A DNA stretch of 64,000 nt from Kiritimatiellia bacterium (GTDB lineage: Bacteria > Verrucomicrobiota > Kiritimatiellia > UBA8416 > YA12-FULL-48-11): contig JAQUPZ010000002.1 of the NCBI GenBank assembly GCA_028716365.1, forward strand, positions 449,005 to 513,004. Reading direction: 5' to 3'. The position numbers were made by a program, and so were the translations under genes. The notes beneath the pieces are model-generated. The model was given only the letters and a program-made list of their open reading frames with translations. It was not told the origin of the DNA and made no database searches. Positions 9,575 through 17,800 of this stretch are shown in pieces (positions within the stretch are counted from its first letter, which is position 1; every line of letters starts with the position of its first letter).

Positions 9575-9958
9575 TTAATTCCGAATTTCGAATGCCGAAT
9601 GCCGATTTTTCCCGGATTCTGCTGTTTTCCTCGACGTAGTCATAATCGCAACCAATTCATTCGCCTCACCAAGTAACTGTTGAAGAAGTGAAGAACTCAC
9701 AATCTCACGTTCTGATATCATTTCAAGCCAAAAAGCCGTTTCGTCAGCTTCTTCTATTACAACTCCTATTCTCGCCACAAACTCAGCCCTCGATCTTGCG
9801 CGACACGCTGCACGATAATTAGCACCAACAGATGTACCACTTCTTACAAGTTGATTACCAATAGCTCTTCCTGTAATAGTGTTCGGCAACTTATCAACCA
9901 AGCCCAAAACATCTAACCCAAATTTCTTAGTCCTATCCTTAAGATTTTCCCCCTTCAT
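9575..9958 (-). CDS. four-helix-bundle protein of the 23S rRNA intervening-sequence protein family
   Basis: The 127-aa product matches the family pattern (GLDVLGLVDKL...RSGTSVGANYRAACRARSRAEFVARIGVVIEEADETAFWLEMI). Its stop lies 1 nt before the trpG ATG. Confidence 0.8.
   Translation of the reverse strand: MKGENLKDRTKKFGLDVLGLVDKLPNTITGRAIGNQLVRSGTSVGANYRAACRARSRAEFVARIGVVIEEADETAFWLEMISEREIVSSSLLQQLLGEANELVAIMTTSRKTAESGKNRHSAFEIRN
9581..9605. repeat. left arm of imperfect inverted repeat flanking the four-helix-bundle gene (CCGAATTTCGAATGCCGAATGCCGA)
   Basis: The reverse complement TCGGCATTCGGCATTCGAAATTCGG matches 10006-10030 at about 21 of 25 positions. Tandem TCGGCA(T/A)T units sit on both sides. 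Confidence 0.5.
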
Positions 9959-9988
9959 TCGTATTCAGCATCTCTTTTCCCACTCCTA

Positions 9989-10048
9989 ATTCGGCATTTT
10001 GCATTCGGCACTCGGCATTCATTATTCGGCAATCATAAATCGGCAATT
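9989..10048. repeat. right arm region: multiple TTCGGCA/ATCGGCA units (AATTCGGCATTTTGCATTCGGCACTCGGCATTCATTATTCGGCAATCATAAATCGGCAATT)
   Basis: Direct inspection: five to six copies of TCGGCA within 60 nt. Pairs with 9581-9605 as an inverted repeat. Overlaps the last codons of trpE. Confidence 0.5.
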
Positions 10049-11493
10049 TCCAATCCTCTCGCCGCCATTTCAACTGCCTTCTGCATCCCGCGTGCCTTGT
10101 GACATGTTTCCTCAAATTCTTTTTGCGGGTCGGAATCAAAGACAATTCCCGCACCCGCCTGAATGGAAACAGTACCTCCGCCGATCTCCATTGTACGGAT
10201 GGTAATGGCCAGATCCATATTACCACCGTAGCTTAAATAGCCGATTGCACCGCCATAAGTTCCGCGGGGCCCCTTTTCAAGTTCGTGTATGATTTGCATC
10301 GCCCTTATCTTTGGCGCACCCGTCAACGTCCCTGCAGGGAAAGTTGCCTTCATAACATCATAGGCATCGACACCGCTTCGCAACACTCCTTCCACGTGCG
10401 AAACAAGATGCATCACATGACTGTAACGTTCAATTACCATATAATCCGTCACCTGGACACTGCCAGACTCCGAAACACGCCCGACATCGTTTCTTCCCAG
10501 ATCAACGAGCATGACATGCTCTGCCTTTTCCTTCTCGTCAGCCAGAAGCTCATCCGCCAACCTGCGGTCTTCCTGTTCAGTGGCGCCCCTTGGCCGCGTT
10601 CCGGCTATCGGCCGCACCTCCACGCGGTTTCCCGTCAGACGCACCATGAGCTCGGGTGACGATCCGACAAGGATCTGATCTCCAAACTTGAAGAAGAAAG
10701 TGTACGGTGATGGATTAAGCAGTCTCAACGCACGGTAAAGCTGAAGCGGCGGAACATCCGTCTTTGCGCTGAAACGCTGACTCGGAACAACCTGAATAAT
10801 ATCGCCATCATAAATATACCGTTTAGCCCGCATGACAATATCCATAAACTCTGCGCGAGTCATATTCGATTGAAATTCTACGGGAGGATAAGACTTGACC
10901 TTCAAAGAAGGAGGGGCCTTTCTCGTCATTTCGACGATTTTTTCAAGTTGCTCTAACGTTTTCCGATATGTTTTCAACAATATATCCGGACCAGCGCCTT
11001 TTTCCGGTCGTGTGCATACCACTATTTTCACCGTATGCCTGACATTATCGAAAACAATAATTCTGTCTGCTTTAAGGAAACGACTCCTCGGTACAATATG
11101 AAGATCAGTCTTCTTCGGTATTGGCATCCTTTCAAATTCGCCCATCGCCTCATATCCCACGAATCCAACAGCGCCACCAAAAAAACGCGGTAGTCCCGGC
11201 ACTTCCGCTACCCTCAGCCCCTGATAAACCTCGCGGATTTTCTCCAGGCCATGGGTTGCCCCTTTCGAATGATCAACATCAAGAAGCAATTCAGGATCAA
11301 TGCCTACAAAAGAATAACGGCCCCATGTTTCGCCGCCCTCCATACTTTCCAGGAGAAATGCATTCTTGTGGTCCGCAAATCTTTGAAACACTGAAACCGG
11401 TGTTTCCATGTCCGCCAGTATTTCCTTATATACCGGAACGAGATCGTATTCCTGCGCCAGCTTCAAATATTCCTGTTCATTTGGATAAATCAT
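10033..11493 (-). CDS. trpE: anthranilate synthase component I
   Basis: Chorismate-binding domain motifs (LESMEGG, GYLSYGGNMDLAITIRT, GAGIVFDSDP). The ORF-track start at 11529 is a TTG lying inside a TTGACC -35-like box, so the ATG at 11491-11493 (MIYPNEQEY) is preferred. Confidence 0.85.
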   Translation of the reverse strand: MIYPNEQEYLKLAQEYDLVPVYKEILADMETPVSVFQRFADHKNAFLLESMEGGETWGRYSFVGIDPELLLDVDHSKGATHGLEKIREVYQGLRVAEVPGLPRFFGGAVGFVGYEAMGEFERMPIPKKTDLHIVPRSRFLKADRIIVFDNVRHTVKIVVCTRPEKGAGPDILLKTYRKTLEQLEKIVEMTRKAPPSLKVKSYPPVEFQSNMTRAEFMDIVMRAKRYIYDGDIIQVVPSQRFSAKTDVPPLQLYRALRLLNPSPYTFFFKFGDQILVGSSPELMVRLTGNRVEVRPIAGTRPRGATEQEDRRLADELLADEKEKAEHVMLVDLGRNDVGRVSESGSVQVTDYMVIERYSHVMHLVSHVEGVLRSGVDAYDVMKATFPAGTLTGAPKIRAMQIIHELEKGPRGTYGGAIGYLSYGGNMDLAITIRTMEIGGGTVSIQAGAGIVFDSDPQKEFEETCHKARGMQKAVEMAARGLEIADL

Positions 11494-11500
11494 GTCCGGA

Positions 11501-11529
11501 GGTATAGAGGTTGATACTAAAAAGGTCAA
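11501..11529 (-). promoter_or_regulatory. putative promoter of trpE (TTGACC, 17 nt spacer, TATACC) positioned so that the transcript would be leaderless or nearly so
   Basis: On the minus strand TTGACC (11529-11524), 17-nt spacer, TATACC (11506-11501), then 7 nt to the ATG. No SD sequence before this ATG. Confidence 0.3.
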
Positions 11530-11590
11530 GTGTAATGGACTTTTACGCTGGCACTTCTTCGCTCATTTATATTTAATCGCCTCGGTAAAT

Positions 11591-11875
11591 ATGAAATGTA
11601 TCAGTCAGACAAAAGAAGGCGTTATAATCAAACTGCGAATTATTCCTCGCGCTTCTAAAAATGAGATTTGCGGAGAACTGGGTGATGCACTCAAGATCAA
11701 ACTTCAGGCACCGCCAGTGGAAGGCAAGGCCAATAAAGCACTTATAGAATTTCTTGCCGACACACTCGATATCTCCCGAAATCAAATATCAATCCTTTCC
11801 GGCGATACCGGCCGCAATAAACGCGTCCTGATTGCAGGAGTCGCCATAAAAGATATTGAAGTCTCTTTAACATAA
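11591..11875 (+). CDS. DUF167/YggU-family protein (UPF0235)
   Basis: IKLRIIPRASKNEI...LKIKLQAPPVEGKANKALIEFLA...RVLIAGV pattern of the YggU family. Start set at the internal ATG (MKCISQTKEG) because the upstream part of the ORF would overlap the trpE promoter/start. Confidence 0.65.
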   Translation: MKCISQTKEGVIIKLRIIPRASKNEICGELGDALKIKLQAPPVEGKANKALIEFLADTLDISRNQISILSGDTGRNKRVLIAGVAIKDIEVSLT

Positions 11876-12051
11876 GAGGCCTACGGTTCATCATGCAACC
11901 CCATTGATTATAGAGACATTTTACAGGATCGCACCCCCTATCACAAGGGATTTTGTTATGTGATATCTTCACGGCCAATTAGGCTAGAAGACGTCGGAAC
12001 GCAGGGCGGCATAACATTAAAATGTTGTAACCACCTGCAATTCGGCAAGAG

Positions 12052-12819
12052 CTATGAACAAAACAAGCGGTCCGCATTCGCCGTGGTTATGTCTGCAATC
12101 TTCTCAACTGAACAGTTCCTCTCTTTCGCAAGGGCTTCAGCGACATATTTTACATACGCCGGCTCATTCTTCTTTCCACGATACGGTTCAGGGGCAAGAT
12201 AGGGAGAGTCTGTTTCAATAAGCAGTCTGTCGTCCGGAACCATCTTTGCTGTTTCCCGCAATTGCACAGCTTTTGCGAAGGTGATTATCCCGCTGAAACT
12301 CAAATACAATCCAAGATCGAGAACTTTGTGCGCAAAAGCAGAATCACCGGTAAAGCAATGCAGAACGCCAATCTGATCTGGGTTACCTTTCCAAAGAGCA
12401 ACATGTTCTTTCAATAATTCGATAGTGTCATCGTCTGCATTTCTGCTATGAACTATCACCGGCAAAACAAAATTGCGCGCAATCTCAAGTATTTGCCCGA
12501 ATAAAATTTTCTGCGCTGCGGCAGTTTCCGGATGATAGTGATAATCCAGTCCTATTTCTCCTATTGCAGAAATACTTTTCTCATGGGCATACGTTTCAAG
12601 CCGTGTAAAATCAATCTGTTTTCCGGCATGTTCACGGTCAAAACCTGCAGCCGCGATAATTTTGTCTGGATATTTACCGGCGAGTTCGACAGCCATTTCA
12701 TTTCCCGACTGTGACCCGCCAACTGCAACAATCTTTTCAACTCCGGCTGCCATAGCCCTTTCAATAGCCCGATCCGGTTCGGTCAGTCCGTCAAAATGAA
12801 CATGTGTATCAATAAACAT
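12052..12819 (-). CDS. tatD: TatD-family metal-dependent hydrolase/DNase
   Basis: MFIDTHVHFD N-terminus, HSRNADDD, LHCFTG and IETDSPYL motifs. Confidence 0.85.
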   Translation of the reverse strand: MFIDTHVHFDGLTEPDRAIERAMAAGVEKIVAVGGSQSGNEMAVELAGKYPDKIIAAAGFDREHAGKQIDFTRLETYAHEKSISAIGEIGLDYHYHPETAAAQKILFGQILEIARNFVLPVIVHSRNADDDTIELLKEHVALWKGNPDQIGVLHCFTGDSAFAHKVLDLGLYLSFSGIITFAKAVQLRETAKMVPDDRLLIETDSPYLAPEPYRGKKNEPAYVKYVAEALAKERNCSVEKIADITTANADRLFCS

Positions 12820-12947
12820 GAAACAAAAGTACCAGCTCGCACCTCCGATTCAAACAAAAACAAAAAATTGATTGAGTTGATCCTGCCCGTTGTCTATTGT
12901 TGCTCCCCTGTTTAAGAACACCTTTTGAGCGTAGGAAAGGAGCAGGT

Positions 12948-14915
12948 ATGCTGAACGCGCAAATTCAACTGGGCATCATTGATTATACAATCATGGGTAT
13001 ATATGTCCTGTTTGTTCTGGGTATTGGATGGGCTCTCAAGCGGTACATGAAAACCAGCACGGATTTCTTCATGTCCGGCCGTTCCATTCCTGCCTGGATC
13101 ACCGGTCTTGCATTTCTTTCGGCTAATCTCGGTGCGCTGGAACTGGTGGGCATGGCCGCCAGCGGCGCCAAATATGGTATCGCAACCAGTCATTTCTATT
13201 GGGTCGGCGCCATTCCGGCAATGGTCTTCCTTGCGATATTCATGATGCCTTTCTATTATGGTTCCAAGGCCCGATCGGTACCGGAATACCTTAAGCTTCG
13301 TTTCGATGAACGCGTCCGTTGTCTTAATTCGATTTCCTTTGCAGTAATGACACTCTTCGCGTCAGGCATTTCCATGAATGCTCTGGCAAAACTTCTCAAT
13401 CAGCTCCTCGGTTGGCGCTATGATATCAGTCTATGGATCTGTTCAGCTGTTGTTCTGGTATATGTGCTAAAGGGTGGTCTTACGTCCGCGATTTACACCG
13501 AGGTATTGCAGTTTTTCATGATCGTACTCGGTTTTGCGCCGGTAGTGTACCTCGGCCTCAAAGACATTGGCGGATGGCATAATCTCAACAATATTCTCGG
13601 TAACGTTGCCCAGAATCCTTCCGCTATAGAACTTAACAGCAAAACATTCCAGCCGGACGCATGGACCAGCGCATGGAAACCGCTTCTGGAAGGTTCCGGC
13701 AATAACCCGATGGGTGTTGACTGGTTCGCAATGGTCTTTGGTCTAGGATTCGTGTTGTCATTCGGCTATTGGTGCACAAACTTTCTGGTTGTCCAGCGCG
13801 CCATGGCAGCAAAGAACATGTCCGCTGCCCGTCGGACACCTCTGATCGCCGCCGTGCCAAAAATGATTTTCCCGGTATTGGTAATTCTGCCGGGAATGAT
13901 TGCCGCAGCCCTCGCATTCACAGCGAAGGACAACTATCGCCTGCCGCCGGTCATCATCAAGAACATGCCGGCCATAGTCCAGATGGTAAAATCGACATCT
14001 ACGGAAAACCCAGCAGTCATTGTCGAAAATATCAGGAAGTCAACCGGTCTTAAAATGAGCGACGCAAAAATTTTTGCAGTACTGAGCGATAACGCAGCCA
14101 AACCCCTGACTGACGATCAAATTGCGATGCGTCTTCAGAATGCAGTACTGGAAAACGACTATGACGGCGTAATCCTGTCACTGGTCAAAAAATACTGCCC
14201 GACAGGATTACTTGGCTTGGCGCTTACTGCCCTGCTTGCTTCATTCATGTCCGGTATGGCCGGTAACGTTACGGCGTTCAACACTGTATGGACATACGAT
14301 CTTTATCAGGCCTACATTGCAAAGAACAGAAGCGATGAACATTATATGTGGATGGGCCGTGTTGTTACCGTTGTTGGCATTCTGCTGAGTATTATTTGCG
14401 CTTATCTTGTCAGCCGCTGGAGTAATGCAATGGACATCATTCAGCTTGTCTTCGGGTTCGTCAATGCACCTCTCTTCGCCACGTTCCTTCTGGGAATGTT
14501 CTGGAAGCGCACTACCGGCACAGGTGCTTTTCTCGGCCTGCTGGGCGGAACATTGACATCAGCGCTGTTCCATGCCTTGTCAACAACCACTGGTAATGTT
14601 TTGGGTATCAAGGGCGGCTATCTCTGGAGCTTGATGGGAAAAGGTATCGAAGCCATGCCGAAACACGTAATATTTCCCAGCGAAATGGCCCAGAACTTCT
14701 GGCTGGCCAGTTTTGCCTTCATTGGTTGCTTCGTACTAACAGCCGTAATATCGCTGGTGACAAAACAAGAAAAGACCGACACGGAACTCACGGGCCTTGT
14801 CTATTCGCTGACGCCCAAAATCAAGGACAGCGAGGAATCATGGATTCTTCGCCCTGCGGTTCTGGGAACAATATTGCTGGTTGGTTGTGTCATTTTAAAC
14901 GTTATATTCTTCTAA
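12948..14915 (+). CDS. sodium:solute symporter family (SSF) transporter with a ~100-aa soluble insertion
   Basis: Multiple TM helices and SSF-typical GRSIP and AMAAK segments. Start set at MLNAQIQ, which is preceded by AGGAGCAGGT (SD). The hydrophilic segment AKDNYRLPPVIIKNM...VKKYCPTGLLG lies between TM blocks. Confidence 0.85.
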   Translation: MLNAQIQLGIIDYTIMGIYVLFVLGIGWALKRYMKTSTDFFMSGRSIPAWITGLAFLSANLGALELVGMAASGAKYGIATSHFYWVGAIPAMVFLAIFMMPFYYGSKARSVPEYLKLRFDERVRCLNSISFAVMTLFASGISMNALAKLLNQLLGWRYDISLWICSAVVLVYVLKGGLTSAIYTEVLQFFMIVLGFAPVVYLGLKDIGGWHNLNNILGNVAQNPSAIELNSKTFQPDAWTSAWKPLLEGSGNNPMGVDWFAMVFGLGFVLSFGYWCTNFLVVQRAMAAKNMSAARRTPLIAAVPKMIFPVLVILPGMIAAALAFTAKDNYRLPPVIIKNMPAIVQMVKSTSTENPAVIVENIRKSTGLKMSDAKIFAVLSDNAAKPLTDDQIAMRLQNAVLENDYDGVILSLVKKYCPTGLLGLALTALLASFMSGMAGNVTAFNTVWTYDLYQAYIAKNRSDEHYMWMGRVVTVVGILLSIICAYLVSRWSNAMDIIQLVFGFVNAPLFATFLLGMFWKRTTGTGAFLGLLGGTLTSALFHALSTTTGNVLGIKGGYLWSLMGKGIEAMPKHVIFPSEMAQNFWLASFAFIGCFVLTAVISLVTKQEKTDTELTGLVYSLTPKIKDSEESWILRPAVLGTILLVGCVILNVIFF

Positions 14916-14942
14916 TTTGTTAACACCAAGGAGGATCAAATT

Positions 14943-15164
14943 ATGGGTCTCGATCTTCGTTTTCCAATAGGATTAATGTTTTCGCTGGTTGGTCTTATAC
15001 TCGCCGGTTATGGTCTCATAACTGGATCAAATGTTGAGCTTTATAAACGTTCGCTTGGCATAAATATCAACCTTGTCTGGGGTATTTTCCTGCTGGTTTT
15101 CGGAATTATCATGCTTGTGTTTGCCATGAAAGGCAACAAGTCATCTCCGCCAAAACAGGAATAA
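14943..15164 (+). CDS. small two-TM membrane protein co-transcribed with the symporter
   Basis: 73-aa ORF, AAGGAGG SD 7 nt upstream, two hydrophobic helices. Small partner subunits are typical of SSF transporters. Confidence 0.55.
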   Translation: MGLDLRFPIGLMFSLVGLILAGYGLITGSNVELYKRSLGININLVWGIFLLVFGIIMLVFAMKGNKSSPPKQE

Positions 15165-15222
15165 CAGGTAAATTTAATATCTGGATCAGCGCGCAGGATA
15201 GCAATCGAAGCTTTTTTGTAAA

Positions 15223-15717
15223 TTACCGGCCGGATGAAGGTTTTTTCCCAAGAATCTCTTCGAGAATGCGTATTCTCTCCATGCGGCGATCCTGCTCGTC
15301 AAGCGCATACTGGTCCGCAAGTGTGTCTTCATCGCCCAACCCACGATAACTTACACCTCCAGGGGTCGTTCCCGAATAGGCGCGTTCATTGGCCGTACCC
15401 CAAGCACCCACCCCTTTTCTACTCCGATAGATATTGATCGGACAGAAAGGACTTGTCAGACAGATTTCCTGATCTTTAAGCCATCCCGGCTTGAGATTTG
15501 CAACGGGCCCCCAGTCTTCCTGTGCTTTGCCCCACTCGGCATTCAATTCCGCAAGGGCCTTTTCGCACCGGAGAAGATTTTCGTTGGTATCTTCAACCCA
15601 GAAATCAATGTCATATGTTAGGATTGGTTTATGGCGCAGATGAAAGTTCATGCCGCCAATCAGCAGGTATGAAACTTTCTGTCTGTTGAATGATTCCAGA
15701 ATAGGATCAATATTCAT
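15223..15717 (-). CDS. hypothetical protein with minimal nucleotidyltransferase-fold motif (GG-x12-DIDF)
   Basis: LLIGGMNFHLRHKPILTYDIDFWVED fits the hG[GS]-x9-13-DhD polymerase-beta-like NTase signature. The rest has no assigned family. Confidence 0.45.
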   Translation of the reverse strand: MNIDPILESFNRQKVSYLLIGGMNFHLRHKPILTYDIDFWVEDTNENLLRCEKALAELNAEWGKAQEDWGPVANLKPGWLKDQEICLTSPFCPINIYRSRKGVGAWGTANERAYSGTTPGGVSYRGLGDEDTLADQYALDEQDRRMERIRILEEILGKKPSSGR

Positions 15718-15766
15718 TTATATTAGCTTTACAGGGTTATACTCCAATGTCAAGATCGACCAATAA

Positions 15767-15952
15767 TCAGTTCCTTGCCTCACGCCAAAGAAGTAAAGCG
15801 AGTAGTGCAGGCACAATACATCCGAAAAAACTAATCCATAACGGAACATGGAATCCGTTGACTATTACCTCAATTTTGAACAGCAACCGGAGGACGTGCC
15901 CGACCGAAATCAAAGCAAGAAGCAGAGATACTATCAGTGTCACAGGTTTCAT
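15767..15952 (-). CDS. hypothetical small two-TM membrane protein (61 aa)
   Basis: Short ORF with two hydrophobic helices. Evidence is weak and it could be spurious. Confidence 0.35.
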   Translation of the reverse strand: MKPVTLIVSLLLALISVGHVLRLLFKIEVIVNGFHVPLWISFFGCIVPALLALLLWREARN

Positions 15953-16089
15953 GTGGCCTCCCTTAATTAACGACGAATAACCGTTTCAATTACCTGCATA
16001 TCGAAAGGAACATCCCCGGGAACCAGTTTCAATTTAAGATCTCCTTTAACACTCTCTGGTATTCGCCCGGAATACGAAAGTGATCCGCC

Positions 16090-16821
16090 TCAGCCAAACA
16101 CGAACTTTCCACTCATCACCACCTTGTTCTCCCCGTCAACAAGCTGGAATTGAGGCGCTGTTCCTTTTCTATCGTCACTGCAAACCATGTATTCGCCACC
16201 GTTACCATCAACATAAACTGGATTCATTGATATTGAATCAGACAACGCGGAAAAAGTCACTTTGATCGAAGCCTTGAGAGGTGGTCCTATTTTTAACTCA
16301 TGGAGATTTCCCGAAGTAACATCTACAGTACCAACAGGATCTCCAACTCCATGATAGTTTCCCTTTGCAATCCATTTCCGGTTGCTTTTATCCTGGGCAA
16401 CAGTTTCAAAATTACGAATGGTCAGCTTACCCGCCGGAACAGTAAATATCCCGTTAGAACTTGAAAAATTCTTCTGCCCAAGTTTGCCGCATTCCGCAAT
16501 CAAATGCGAATCACCTACGAACGCAACCTTTATTTTCCCAGTCTCACCCTTGTAGGAAGCAGCAGAAAAATCAGAAACCTTGCCGACGCCGGACATGGAA
16601 AATCTTGAAGAAACAAGAAATAAGTATAACACGTAGTAGCCCACAGTTGCGGCAAGGACAAATACACCCCATACGGATGCGAAGACAAGCCAGGCTTTGT
16701 AACCAGGGTTATTCTGGCTACGTGCCTTCAGCCCGATAACTAATGGAACAATCCATCCCCCCAGAAAGAACGAAGCCACTATTAATCCAAATATTACTGC
16801 AAATATTCCTGCAATTCCCAT
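16090..16821 (-). CDS. hypothetical membrane protein (3 N-terminal TM helices plus extracytoplasmic domain)
   Basis: The N-terminal 70 aa is strongly hydrophobic (MGIAGIFAVIFGLIVASFFLGGWIVPLVIGL...). No family match recognised. Confidence 0.5.
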   Translation of the reverse strand: MGIAGIFAVIFGLIVASFFLGGWIVPLVIGLKARSQNNPGYKAWLVFASVWGVFVLAATVGYYVLYLFLVSSRFSMSGVGKVSDFSAASYKGETGKIKVAFVGDSHLIAECGKLGQKNFSSSNGIFTVPAGKLTIRNFETVAQDKSNRKWIAKGNYHGVGDPVGTVDVTSGNLHELKIGPPLKASIKVTFSALSDSISMNPVYVDGNGGEYMVCSDDRKGTAPQFQLVDGENKVVMSGKFVFG

Positions 16822-17007
16822 AAAGTATCTTCTTCCTGAATTTGCGTTATATCATCGTGCTTGATTTTTTTACCCGACAACTACAGATATCCCAGCGCTA
16901 TCACAGTCCAGAATGCAAACCTTGTCTCAACACGCCATCTCGATATCAGTCTACTTATACGATCAAGTCTAGATATCAATACACCTGGAGGCAGCGCTTC
17001 TCCTTCA

Positions 17008-17721
17008 TCACTTCTTATCTGGCGCAACTGATCTTCTATCGTCTTCTGTTATCTTCCCGCCCTTATAACCTTCGGAAAGTTTTTCCACCACAAGATCTTT
17101 AAGATACATCTCTCCCTTTGACGTAATACCAATACAATGTAGAGATATATACTTGACTGCCTTGATATTTTGCATTGCTACTTTTGACAGCTGGGGTGCC
17201 GGAAAATCGCGAATAATTCTATCCCAACCTTTGGAACTTACCTTCTTATCTCCTTCTCTATTGAAGTCGCCTTTATACCGTAAACGCATATCAAACAGGC
17301 TTGGATTTTCGTATGGTTTTACTCCGGGCTTGAATTGGTAACCCATTACGTAAATGTGATAAGTCGCTGAAGCCATAACACTGATTGAAAACCTGTAGCG
17401 GCACCCCTGTTCAAATGGAATGAGAGGACTGTCGACCTTAACGCCTATCCACCACATGGGCTGGTCTTTGTAACCCTTATCGTCATTTATGACCATTTTG
17501 ATGACATTTTTCTTACCGGCAAACTCCGGAAGCATCGATACATACTTGGTATTTTGGGCATAATTTTCATTCTGCATGGGGGTGTAGTCATAGGTCCAGT
17601 ACTTCCACGGGTTTTCAGGATTATCACAACTGCCATTTATCATAAGGTTACTGGTCGTTGCGGCCATTACAAAGGTGGTACAGACAAAAGAACAAATGAT
17701 CGAAACAACTAAGTGTTTCAT
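17008..17721 (-). CDS. hypothetical secreted protein (signal peptide)
   Basis: MKHLVVSIICSFVCTTFVMAATT signal peptide. Aromatic-rich sequence, possibly a carbohydrate-binding module. No named family. Confidence 0.5.
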   Translation of the reverse strand: MKHLVVSIICSFVCTTFVMAATTSNLMINGSCDNPENPWKYWTYDYTPMQNENYAQNTKYVSMLPEFAGKKNVIKMVINDDKGYKDQPMWWIGVKVDSPLIPFEQGCRYRFSISVMASATYHIYVMGYQFKPGVKPYENPSLFDMRLRYKGDFNREGDKKVSSKGWDRIIRDFPAPQLSKVAMQNIKAVKYISLHCIGITSKGEMYLKDLVVEKLSEGYKGGKITEDDRRSVAPDKK

Positions 17722-17800
17722 TATATACCTCCTCTAAACAAATCCAGTTCCCCCGGAAAAAACTATAAATTATACTTATTACTAAAAAAATGCTACATAC

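Noticed and set aside
9575-9958. Possibility that the inverted-repeat-flanked gene is an insertion sequence (transposase)
   Set aside because: The product is clearly a four-helix-bundle 23S-IVS-family protein, not a transposase. The IR arms are imperfect and no target-site duplication is visible. Recorded instead as an IVS-like cassette.
11494-11529. ORF-track start of trpE at 11529 (TTG, MTFLVSTSIPPD)
   Set aside because: This TTG is part of a TTGACC -35-like hexamer. The in-frame ATG at 11493 (MIYPNEQEY) matches where TrpE homologues begin. Exact start remains uncertain.
11876-12051. 177-nt gap between the convergent DUF167 and tatD genes, checked for an ncRNA or terminator
   Set aside because: Only a weak 4-bp stem (CCCT/AGGG) with a short T run. 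No convincing conserved RNA motif could be recognised by eye. Left unannotated.
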